Source: the human T2T-CHM13v2.0 reference genome, Homo sapiens. From it: a DNA stretch of 64,000 nucleotides. Shown piece after piece: positions 44,890 through 56,832 of this stretch. The DNA is taken from the NCBI RefSeq assembly GCF_009914755.1, contig NC_060928.1, one strand, 5' to 3'. Each line of letters starts with the position of its first letter. The stretch's first letter is position 1. Under the pieces are notes generated by a model. That model was not told the DNA's origin and did no database searches. It saw only the letters and a program-made list of their open reading frames with translations. Both the position numbers and the translations under genes were made by a program.

Positions 44890-46360
44890 TCAAACTGACC
44901 AAGCAGAGCTTTAACTTAAATCTGTAACGTCATAAGTAAAGGAACCTATCACAAATAAAAGCCAAGATGAACATTATAATTTAAAGATGTTTTACATGTC
45001 AGAGAAGAGACTGTCACCAACATCCATATTTTCGTTTTCTTCCTAATAACACACAGAAACTATGAGTTTAGTGTCCCTTTCAGTTAGATTAGGCCACGTG
45101 AATGAAATCTAGATAATAGAAAGTTAAAAGCGATGCCTGCCATTTTCAGACCTGGCTCCTATAAACCTCCCATATGGTAACACTCAACATATCTTCTCCA
45201 TTCCAGCTAGAATTGAAATAGTATCCACCAGGTGAGTCATTGAATGACTGCACAGGAAGGGCTGTCCCACAATCCTGTTCAATTGTGCCATATTCTCTTG
45301 AGACCTAGAAACAAACATCAGTTGTATGTTAACCAATGCACATTTCAGTCTATTGTATACAGCAGTTCACCTATCTTAAGTAAAACAGAAACCTGCAAAT
45401 GTCCTGCGATTGTACAGCCACTCCTCTCTATTGTGACTTCCTATTGATTTCTTTTTTTTTCTGAGTCAACATAGAGCTCAAAATTTTTCAAGATCCAGTG
45501 CTGCACAGAGCCAATGTCAGTTGAATAGAATCATGATACAAAGTGAAACCTGGTGGTCACTTTATTAACCCTCTTTAATTTACAGATGATAGAATGAAGC
45601 CTTAGAGAGGTTATAACATTTAACCTAAATCATCTGGGGCATTAAGTTAGCCATAGATATCAGGGCTGTCCCTCTATCCCAGCATGCTGGAGAATATCAT
45701 ACCAACGGGTAAATGAAATTTGTTGTCTTAAATTTTGAATAAGCTTTTTGGTTAAAATACATTGGAATATTATCTAATCTGCATTCTGGACTCTTACTAA
45801 AGACAACTATTTTTATTTTTATTTTCATTTTGTTTTTTTTCAAGGATGTGACATCATATTTTAATAAAACTCAAGTCACAATTAACAGAACTAAATGAAA
45901 CAAATATAACTTGAAATAATGGAGTAGTGGTAAGAACTACATTAAATTTTGCTATATGGAATTTCTTTAAAATTATTTGCAGTGATAGCATTGACTCTTG
46001 TTACTGAAACATATATAATAAATACATGTTTAGCATGAAGTTGGCACATGATAATTATTCCATATATAATTATGGAATAATATTATATATGGAATATTAT
46101 TATTCCATATATAATAACTTACATATGTGTGATTATGATTGTGCTATGTTTTTAAGGAAATATGGAGGAGTGGTTAAGAGAATGGGCTGTGCTGTTGTAC
46201 TATCTGAGTTGAAATCTTTACTCCACCACTACCTATTCAATATTGACCAAGCCATAAGCTCTTTCTGGTTTAGTTTCCCCCTGAAACATCAGAAAATTGA
46301 AAAAAAAATAACATGAAGGTGTTAAGAAAATTGAATAGTAACTGCATAGGAATTACCTCT

Positions 46361-47078
46361 AACAAAACAACAGGTGCTGGAGAGGATGTGGAGAAATAGG
46401 AACACTTTTACACTGCTGGTAGGACTGTAAACTGGTTCAATCATTGTGGAAATCAGTGTGGCGATTCCTCAGGGATCTAGAACTAGACATACCGTTTGAA
46501 CCAGCGATCCCATTACTGGGTATATACCCAAAGGACTATAAATCATGCTGCTGTAAAGACACATGCACACATATGTTTATTGCGGCACTATTCACAATAG
46601 CAAAGACTTGGAACCAACCCAAATGTCCAACAATGATAGACTGGATTAAGAAAATGTGTCACATATACACCATGGAATACTATGCAGCCATAAAAAATGA
46701 TGAGTTCATGTCTTTGTAGGGACATGGATGAAATTGAAAATCATCATTCTCAGTAAACTATCGCAAGGACAAAAAACCAAACACGGCATGTTCTCACTCA
46801 TAGGTGGGAATTGAACAATGAGAACACATGGACACAGGAAGGGGAACATCACACACTGGGGACGGTTGTGGGGTGGGGGGAGGGGGAAGGGATAGCATTA
46901 GGAGATATACCTAATGCTAAATGACGAGTTAATGGGTGCAGCACACCAGCATGGCACATGTATACATATGTAACTAACCTACACATTGTGCACATGTACC
47001 CTACAACTTAAAGTATAATAATAATAAAAGAAAAAAAAAGAAAAAAGAAAAAGAAAATGTCACTGGAAAAAAAAAAGA
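46361..47078 (+). mobile_element. 5'-truncated L1PA (PA3/4-like) inserted in a MIR
   Basis: ORF2 C-terminus (ORF 46444-46719), 3' UTR ctaaatgacgagttaatggg, poly-A; MIR sequence upstream at 46160-46350. Confidence 0.93.
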
Positions 47079-47286
47079 AACAATTCAATTAATGTTAGCG
47101 TTTGTTAACACAAGGGACATGAAAAGGATTTCTTTTTTGAATGCAGCTGCCTCTGGAACTGAATGAATAGTTTTGGCATTTTTCTCCCCATTTCTAAAGA
47201 GATGAGAATAAAGTTTTTAAAAATGGTGCAGATCTCTAAGCCCCTTCTCTAATAATTAAAAGCAATGATTAAAAATAATGCTGTCA

Positions 47287-47567
47287 ACTGGGCACAGTGG
47301 CTCACATCTGTAATCCCAGCAATTTGGGAGGCCAAAGTGAGTGGATCATTTGAGGTCAGGAGTTCGATACCAGCTTGGCCAACATGGTGAAACCCTGCCT
47401 TTACTAACAATACAAAGATTAGCTGGGTGTGGTGGCAGGCGCCTGTACTCCCAGCTACTAGGGAGGTTGAAGTAGGAGAATCGCTCAAACCCAGGGAAGC
47501 AGAGGTTGCAGTGAGCCAAGATCTCGCCACTGCATTCCAGCCTGGACAACAGAGCGAAACTCACTCT

Positions 47568-47599
<32 letters not shown>
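47287..47599 (+). mobile_element. AluS with a long poly-A tail
   Basis: Full Alu followed by about 32 A. Confidence 0.95.
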
Positions 47600-47602
<3 letters not shown>

Positions 47603-48719
47603 GTCTATTAGAAAGTAATACCTAAAAGGGTAGGGTATTTAAAATACCGTATTATAAACACATATCAAAACATTACATTGTATCCCATAAATATATACAA
47701 TGATTGTCAATTAAAAATATATATATATTTTAAAAGTACTCACTAATGAGTCAGCATGAAAATTCTGCCCTCCTGCAATTGACTTTGAGCTAATATTTTC
47801 AACTGGGCTATTTTAGGATGGTTGCAATATTATGATTTTTATGACAAAATGGTTAACTCCAGATAACATATCACTGAGCTCAGTTCAAAGGCTGTGATTA
47901 AACCTTTGAAAGGAGAACTTGAAATTCAAATGTATCTTACTTTTTCTTGTCATTTTATTAGCTGACTGCATGCAAGTAGAAAAGAAGGTATTAATCAAAA
48001 AATAATTATCTGGTCAGAAAAAAACTTTCTTCTAATTTTTCAAAGAGGATAAAAGAAGAAAAGAAAAGAAAAGTAAAATGTTGGCAGCCCAGCAGTTTAG
48101 AAACTTTGCTAAGACTTTGAAATTTGAATGTGAACTGCAAGAGAACATTCAGGAAAAGATTGAAATTAGTAGGTTTCATTGTATTTAGTTTGGCCTCTTA
48201 AATGTAACACGATGGAACTTGTAACCTAGAAATATTTTCTTAGGTATATTCACTGGGGAAGGCGAGCATAATTACATCTGTTCAGACTTCATGCAAACCA
48301 AATTGGCGTTGTGGACAATTAATCTTTTGAAATGTTAAGATAGCTCTGTAATTTCTCACTTTTGTAAAAAGTAAGAAGAAGGCAACATAAATCAAAATTT
48401 AGTCAGTAGGCCAGAAGTTTACTTAATTGACAGTGTAAGACAAAGCCTCATTAAATTTTTATTACATTAGGGCAACCATAATTCACAACAGTCTATATGC
48501 TACTGAGCATGCATAATTACTAATACATCCTAATTAGGAATTACCTAGGAGGGTACCAGATAGGCTTTTTTCCTACTGTAGTTTTGGGTTTAAGATTGAT
48601 TGAGATAACTTATCAACAGGTTGGGATTTCTTAGAATAAAATGATATTATGACATGTTATTCACTCATACATGCTAAATGCCTTATGCTGCTTGTAACCT
48701 TGACAACGAAAAACACATT

Positions 48720-48725
48720 TCACAC

Positions 48726-48762
<37 letters not shown>

Positions 48763-48772
48763 AACACACACC
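48720..48772. repeat. (CA)n microsatellite, interrupted
   Basis: Seen directly. Confidence 0.95.
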
Positions 48773-49999
48773 ATGATTCAAGTGGATTTGATGAACTGGA
48801 AACCAGATTAGCTACTATGGACTTGGAAAAATCAATAAACATTGTAAAAAAAAAAGTCTCTTACCATTGAAGAAAATCACTAAATTTAGTTTTGCAATGG
48901 TGACCGGTTATATTTAGGATAGATATGGAAAGTGTTGGGCTCAATGTGTATCTGGGATAAAGAAATTGTCCAAGTTAAATTAGAGAGGGAAAAGGATCGC
49001 TGCTATTTATGACACATTTATTGAAAGTCAGTGCTGGCTTTAAGCTGAGTTTCTTATAAATTCAGAAATATATAGATTGCTATATGCAACTCTTCGGTTA
49101 TGTGCCTGCATGTAACAGAGAGAAGCCAATTACCTTTACCATATGCTTCCCTCCTTTTCCACTGGGAGTCTCTCATGTTTTGCCTCTGCCTCTTCTTGTG
49201 TACTGTATTGCATTTTATTTTAATTGCCACCTTACAATCAAATGAAAGGGAAATACTGCTGTAGGGAAGGGTGGAAATTATAGGATTTTCAACATTCCCC
49301 AGATGGGCTGGCTGCCTGACTTAGGTACCACGTTTTCCAGAATGTTAAGTTTGAAGGTCATGGCCCATTTTCTAAGATCTATGGAAAACAACACAGCTTG
49401 TGGCTTGGAAAAAGAAGATTTTGAGCACAAGCTGTGGAGTAGAAGGAGCTCAGGCTGTCCAGTTCTGGACTGTGTGGCCATGTCATGTAATCTCTCTCAG
49501 CCTCAACTCTAAAATTAATTCTGTGGACTCGTTAACCTCTAATACCTCTTTTAGTTATAACATATTTTTCCTCTGAAATTGAGATGAGATTCTGTCTCCT
49601 CTGTAGGACTTTTCTTCTCCCCGTCACTCCCAAGACTGAGTTAGGTGCATTCCTATATCGAGATACTCTATTGTAATTTCTGTTTTCCTGTAGATATTTC
49701 CATAGTCATAGACCTGTTTCCTGTAGACAGAAATTCTGCCTTACTCGTGATTCGAGCTTCAGCTCTTTGCATAGCGTCTAGCCCATGGTAGACACTCAGT
49801 AATCACTGACTGAGTTAAAAAAGAAAGAAAGAATGAAATAAATGACTTAATGGTATTAATCATACAAACAACAGCTTTAAACAACAGTGAACCTCTTGAA
49901 CATCCAATTTTTTTTTTTTACTTCTTGAGTGCAATACTGACACTAGAGAAGCCTAAAAGGTAAGGGAATATACCCCTCTTATTTCACACAGGATGGTAT

Positions 50000-50220
50000 G
50001 AACAATAATAGCTAAAATGATTGGGTGCTTAGTGCAGACACCATGAATGAAGACATCTTATTTAATATGCACAAAATCCTTGATACAAGTATAATTAACA
50101 TCATCATTTTATGGACAAAAACCCTGAGTTTTAGAGTTTTCTAATCTGTTCAACATTTCACAGCTAGTGAGCAATGAAGTTTGGTTTGTGACCAATCTGA
50201 CACCCAAACCACTACGTAAT
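50000..50220 (-). mobile_element. MIR
   Basis: aataatagctaaaatgattgggtgctt...cacagctagtgag. Confidence 0.65.
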
Positions 50221-53200
50221 TGTCTCCAAGCCCCAACCTCTACAGCCAACTCAGGGTCTGAACTACGACTGCAGTTCTAAACGTTGTCCCATACCTCTAG
50301 CACATTCTGTCAATCTTCATGAAAGCAAAGTCAGTCATAACTAACTATAATTGGAATTATCTGCCCACAAGGAAAGTGGACTGATGTTAATTCACTAGGA
50401 GCTGCCCTTGTTGCTTGTGAGTTAATGAAGTAGGGGGATGCACCAAATCTATAAATTTCCTTAGTCAGTTTCAGTCACAAATAAAAACAGAGCACCACTA
50501 ACTACAAAAGAATATGCAAAAACAACGTGGATGATATAGTTGTAGCATTTCCATATTATCAAAAAAGAAAATACAATGAGGAAATGAAATTTGGTAAGAT
50601 GTTTTCAGATTATAAAGCAAGGTACTTGGATGATATAATGGCTAAAACACATCTTAAAAGCAGGAGTGGAGTGTTCATTGAGAGAAATAAAGAACATATA
50701 TATTTCTGTGTTTGTGGACACATTGTATAGTATGAAAACTGACAAAGTACATATATATATATATATATATTTAAATGCATGTATTCCATATATGTGTAGG
50801 TATATCTTAAGATTTTCTGAAGTGAGGTAATTGTTTATTCTTTCTGTTTATATGAAATCACCAAAAATATCTTTTTCACACCTTGCAACCTAAATGCCTC
50901 TGATAATGTCATGACATGACTTTTGCCTGCCTTTTTTATCTTTCATTTTTTTACCTGGTTATATAGCTCCCTTTTCCGCATCAATAGACACTTTTTTGTT
51001 TTGCTTCTTCATTCTTCATGAAGATGGTGCCAACAGCTGAAGGCAGGTATATGCGTTTTTTTTTTTATTTTTTATTTTTTATTTTTTTTTAATTTATGGT
51101 AGCCGTAACTCCTTAGCAATAGTTTACATTGAATTTAGAAACAAGGGCCTTTAAACCCTGCTGTGAATCTAAAACTTTTCAGCTGTATAATGCCTATGGT
51201 GTTGGAAATGATAACAATTCAGCTATAATGTTTTTATTAAGTGTCTTTTGTTCAACCACGGATAGCAAAATAGTGCAAGAAAAAAAGAAAAAACATATCT
51301 TCTTTCCATTTAGACTTATTAAATATTCAAGTGATTCCTCAAATATACTCAGCCTTGCTGTGGCTTCATTAAAGTGCAGCTCCATTGCATTTTACAATGG
51401 AACACTGATACAATATGCTTCCTGCAGTGGCTACCCACAAGCAAACAGATTGCTGCATTCCTCACCAGCCGAAGCTCAAAAGTAGCCCAAAGTCAAGAGT
51501 ATTATAGTAATCAAGGCCACAGGTTAGAGGCATGGATAATGATGGCAAAATCCACATCAGTGAAAAAAGAGGCCACAACTTCCTCATCAAGTGCAGATGG
51601 AAATAACAAACAGCTATTCCTAGTCAAGGCTTAGTGCCCCTTATTTAAGAAGTCACTTCTGAAGATCTGCCTCAGAAAGCTTACATCTCCATCCGGAGGT
51701 CAATTCACTAGAGACAGTATTTGAAGTGATTAAAAATGAACATTTGACTATGTTAAAAAATAAACTAAATGCCTACTGTGAAAAAATAGATGAAATCAAA
51801 TCACAACATGAAGGAATCAAGCACATTTGTGAATTTTGATTGCAATTGCTAAAAGTATATGGCCATAGGGACTGAGATTAGAAAAATACACAGCAAACCT
51901 TAAAACCTATAATGATAAGTTCCATTGTTTGAGCAACTATTTCAAGCATTTCTTGAGGCTTTTTATTTATATTATTGTATATAATTATTTAAACAATCCA
52001 GATATGTAGATATAGGCACACATTTATAAATAGGAAAACAAAGCCACTGCTACAAAATGTGATGTGCCCAATGATATATAGCTAGATAAGCATATAAAAC
52101 TGTGTTCTGTGGGACTCTAAATAATTTCCACTATGCTATATTACTTTCTCAGGATAAACATTATTTGGTCAGATGACAGAATTATACGTAAAATATATCT
52201 TTTATTTTTCTAATTGTATTAAACTCATTTTAAATTAACATTTTTAAATCTGCTTTGGAATATACACAAATATCATGTTTGTGTCTAGCTGTAATAGTTC
52301 AGATGCACCTTCCAGAGGTTTTTCTTACTTAAGTGCAGATACTGAGTCATGCTGGAGCTGCTTTTTGTTAGCTTTAGCTCAGATTGTCACTCTAGTCTTT
52401 TTAGAAGAAATCTGAACACAAGCTTATAGGGAACAGTCAGCCTAGAAGGTTCAGTTTTGAAGTGAACTGTGCATTATACCATTTGAGGTGGAATTTTGAA
52501 TCTACTTTGGAACATGTGATAGTCTCTTCCAAAGTCTTCTGCAAAACCTAATGATATATTGGTGTCATTACTTCTGAAGTTCTCAGAAGTCACCATAGTT
52601 ATGCTAGGATGATCTATCTGTACAGATAATCCAATGGAAGTCTTTGGACATAAAATAATGAAATATATTATAAGTAAAATATCTTTAACACCTGCATCCT
52701 CCATCTCCATCCCCTCCAACTTCTCTAGAAGAAACTGCCTTTAATTGTAGGTTGTAGTCAGATTTTCATTCATTCATATATGATAGAAATATTTGTGTGT
52801 GTTTTTATTGCTGGGTACTCTCACAGCCCTGGGGAAGGGAAGGCGCAGTAATTATCAATAGGCTGATAGAATCTCAGAGAAGAAAATCAAGTAAAAAGGC
52901 AATTACAGTAGGATTACAAGCACATGACTCCTCAAGATTAATCTTTTGGCAAGTGTGAATAATAATGGCTCTTAAATAAGATAAACTTACAAACCTTCCA
53001 TACCACTGCCTAACAGAACTGGAATAATTAGAAAGGTTTTTGTCTCTCTTCATAATCAATTGGTCATTTTGCAGGCTGCCTATGAAAATTCAGTAAATCA
53101 ATTTTAGTGCAGTCCATAAAGAAAAGTCAATATATTCAGCCTGAATGCCCTCAACATATTTATTATTTTTTTGCAAAACATCAATACTTATCTTTGGAAT

Positions 53201-53974
53201 ATGTTAATTCATCTCCATAGCTCATTTATGTAGGATATTTCTAAACATATCAGTGACCAGCTAGAGTCAACTACTGGCAAATACAAGAGACCTAAAATGT
53301 TTAAGAATTTAAAAAGCTAAAATTTAGAAGGAATGCAAGCTTATTTTATAACCCATTTCTTCATTTGTTTCAATATTCATTCTCTTAAGGCAAGGAGAGA
53401 AAGCTATGTGTGTTGTGGGGATAGGGGTAGATGTGTAGGTGTGCGTGTACACTGCTAGGCATTCTGTGAGTTCAGGATCTGGGGAAGAAGATGAGGTATT
53501 ATGCTCCTAAGTAGCTTATGGCTTCCATCTCCAAGGATCTTACAGTCGAGTGGGTACATATGAAATGAATAATTATCTCATCAAAAAGGGTAAAATAATA
53601 AGCATAAGAGAGTGTTTGAAGAAGCTTAAAAGAAGAGAGAGAATGTCAATCTTAGGTCAAAGTTTTATAAGTGGCATTAAATAAAAAACTAAATTCAGAA
53701 GACCTTAAGCCCCAAAGGCTATAGTTTTTCAGGGAAGAGCCAAAGAAGAAGTCTTCTTTCTAGCTTTAAATTCAGTGATTTGACCCTATTCTGTGTGCTC
53801 CAGGTAAAGTAATGATGAAAATTATTTCTTCCTCATATGATACCGTAGAATTAAGGATTTTTTTAAATTGGGAAATAACTTCTATTAAAGATGGATATCA
53901 AGTTAAAAATTAGACTTAATATATCATAGATAAAATTAGTGTGTTTATTGTTTTATTTGTCCTTATAAATGACA

Positions 53975-54630
53975 TTTTTATTATTTTGTTTTATTTTTAT
54001 TGTTATAAATTTAGTGAGGACAAGTGAGTTTTGTTACATAGATGCATTATATAGTGGTGAAGTCTGGGCTTTTAGTATACTCATTGCTCAGTGGATACAC
54101 TAAATTACTTACTGCACCCATTAAGTTTTTTCTCATCTCCCCTCCCCTTTCACCCTCCCTTCCTTCTGGCTCTCTAAGGACTGTATTAGTCCATTCTCAC
54201 ACTTCTATAAAGAACTACCTGAGAGTGGGTAATTTATGAAGAAAAGAGCTTTAATTGATTCACAGTTCCGTGGGTTTAATAGGGAGCGTGACTGGGAGGC
54301 CTCAGGAAACTTACAAACAGGGTGGAAGGTGAAGAAGGAGCAAGCACTTTCTTCACAAGGTGGTAGGAGAGAAAGCAAGAAAAGGGGTAAGTGCCACACA
54401 CTTTTAAACCATCAGATTTTATGAAAACTCACTTACTATCATGAGAACAGCAAGGGGAAAATCAGCCCTCATGATTCAATCATCTCCCGCCAGGCCCCTC
54501 CTCCAATTTGGCATGAGTTTTGGGAGGGGACACAAATTCAAATGACAACACTATTATTCCACATTCTATGTCCATATCTATACTTTATTTAGCTCCCACT
54601 TATACATGAGAACATGCAGTGATTGACTTG
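53975..54630 (-). mobile_element. L1PB/L1MA 3' end split by a MaLR LTR
   Basis: atagtggtgaagtctgggcttttagt...tttagctcccacttatacatgagaacatgcagt. Confidence 0.8.
54182..54550 (-). mobile_element. THE1D/MSTA-like solo LTR
   Basis: tgtattagtccattctcacac...gggaggcctcaggaaacttaca...ggggacacaaattcaaa. Confidence 0.9.
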
Positions 54631-54885
54631 TATTAACAAATAAAAAACTTGGTTCAAAGATTCTTGTCTTCCCAGTAATGTTTTCTTGTAAGTTACCCTA
54701 AATTGCTCATCCTGTCTTCCTCATATCCCGTCAGAGACAAAAATCAAATTTAGTGCATACACTCAGTTAAGCGAAGCTAGTAAGGGCTTACCATGTGCCA
54801 CAGTCTTTAATTACATCATTTAATGAATTCTCAATACAGCTTTATAGAGGTGATATATTCTTCCTCTTTGATAAAGAGGGATCTG

Positions 54886-55445
54886 TTCTTGTGATAGTTT
54901 ACTGAGAATGATGATTTCCAATTTCATCCATGTCCCTACAAAGGACATGAACTCATCATTTTTTATGGCTGCATAGTATTCCATGGTGTATATGTGACAC
55001 ATTTTCTTAACCCAGTCTATCATTGTTGGACATTTGGGTTGGTTGCAAGTCTTTGCTATTGTGAATAATGCCGCAATAAACATACGTGTGCATGTGTCTT
55101 TATAGCAGCATGATTTATAGTCCTTTGGGTATATACCCAGTAATGGGATGGCTGGGTCAAATGGTATTTCTAGTTCTAGATCCCTGAGGAATCGCCACAC
55201 TGACTTCCACAATGGTTGGGAATTGAACAATGAGAACACATGGACACAGGAAGGGGAACATCACACTCTGGGGCCTTTTGTGGGGTCGGGGGAGAGGGGA
55301 GGGATAGCATTGGGAGATATACCTAATGCTAGATGACGAGTTAGTGGGTGCAGTGCACCAGCATGGCACATGTATACATATGTAACTAACCTGCACATTG
55401 TGCACACGTACCCTAAAACTTAAAGTATAATAATAATAAAAAAAA
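54886..55445 (+). mobile_element. Young L1 (L1PA2-like), 5'-truncated with a 5' inversion
   Basis: 54886-55216 is the reverse-complemented ORF2 end; 55217-55445 is sense 3' UTR (gctagatgacgagttagtggg) plus poly-A; flanked by ggatctg on both sides. Confidence 0.93.
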
Positions 55446-55494
55446 GGATCTGATGTTAAATAAGCTATTTAGTAATATTTAAAGCCAAACATAA

Positions 55495-55800
55495 TGTGTG
55501 TTAGTATGTTTTGTCTTCTATCACAAAATGCTGTCAATTGGGTAGCTTATAAACAACATAAATTTATTTATCACACAGTTCTAGAGTCTAAGTCCAAGAT
55601 CAAGGTGCTAGCAGGTTCCGTGTCTGAGGCAACCCATTTCCTGGTTTATGGATCATGTCTTCTGGCTGCATTCTTCCATGGTGTAAAGGGTCAGTTAGCT
55701 CTGTGTGGTCTCTTTTTTAAGGGTGTTAATCTCATGAATGAGAGAGGATCCTTTAATGCCTAATTGCCTCCAAACGGGTCTGTCCCCCTAATATCATCAC
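55495..55800 (-). mobile_element. MLT1A-like LTR, partial
   Basis: gggtagcttataaacaacataaatttatt...aagtccaagatcaaggtgctagcagg. Confidence 0.8.
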
Positions 55801-56334
55801 TATCATTTTTTATTGATAAATATACATGCAAATTGATGCCATGTTATTTGTTATTTCATAGCATTATGCACAGACCAGTGAACACATAAATGTTTTGAAT
55901 AATGTAAATTTCATGGGCTTTAGGGGATTTTGTTTGCTTGTTTAATGTCATTTGGTAAAAATATTTTTCTTCTAAATTTTAATAGCATTTAAAGTTTTCA
56001 TTTACTCTTAGACTAAGATGTAGAACAAGCATAAACAATAATTGAAAATTCTAGGTAATATAGATAGATGATATAAGTATAAGGTGTAGGTTTAAGGGCA
56101 GCTGTAAGTAATAGAAATAGATATCAATATAGATGTAGACATATACAGATAGAGATAAAGATAGAGAGAGAGATATAGAGAGATCACACTAACATTTAAA
56201 TTCTGCTTACTAAGCACAGGGCATTATTCTGAGTACATTATATAGATTGACTCCTTAATTCTCCTAAAACCTCTATTAAGCAAGTACTATTTTCACCCTC
56301 ACTTTACAGCTGGAGAAATTAAAGTAAAACTAGG

Positions 56335-56832
56335 TGTTACTCATTTCCTTTGGCATCTGCAGCAAATAATCACAAAGTGAGTGATTTAGAACAAGAGAAA
56401 TTTATTCTCACAGTCTGGAAACCTGAAATCCAAAATCATTATCATTGGGACAAATCAAGATGTCATCAGAGTTGCACCATCTCGGGGCTCTAGGGGCACA
56501 TTGTTTCTTGCCTTTTCCAGCTTCTGGCTGCTCTCCTGGCGTTCCTTCCTTGGGGCTGCATCACCCCTCTCTGCCTTCATCTTCACACTGCTCTCACCTT
56601 TGTGTGTGTGCCCTTTGTCTTCTCTCTGTGTCAATATTCCTCTGCCTTTCTGTTATAGGACACTTGCTATTACAGTCATTGCCCAGCTGAAAATCCAGGA
56701 CAAAATTATCATCCCAAGATTGTTAATTCAACCACATCTGCAAATATCATTTTTCCTTATTAGGTAACATTTGCAGGTTCCAGAAATTAGGAATTGATAT
56801 CATTGGGTGACTTTTATTCAACCTTCTCCACA
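56335..56832 (-). mobile_element. MLT1C/D LTR inserted in a MIR
   Basis: aaatttattctcacagtctgga...cacatctgcaaa...tattcaaccttctccaca; ctagg on both flanks. Confidence 0.85.

Noticed and set aside
45190-45240. Possible microexon (ttccag|...cag|gtgagt)
   Set aside because: Good donor but short pyrimidine tract, lies in probable old LTR-derived sequence, and has no other support.
54820-55239. 139-aa ORF similar to those at 43712 and 46444, suggesting a gene family
   Set aside because: All three are the C-terminus of L1 ORF2p from independent L1 insertions.
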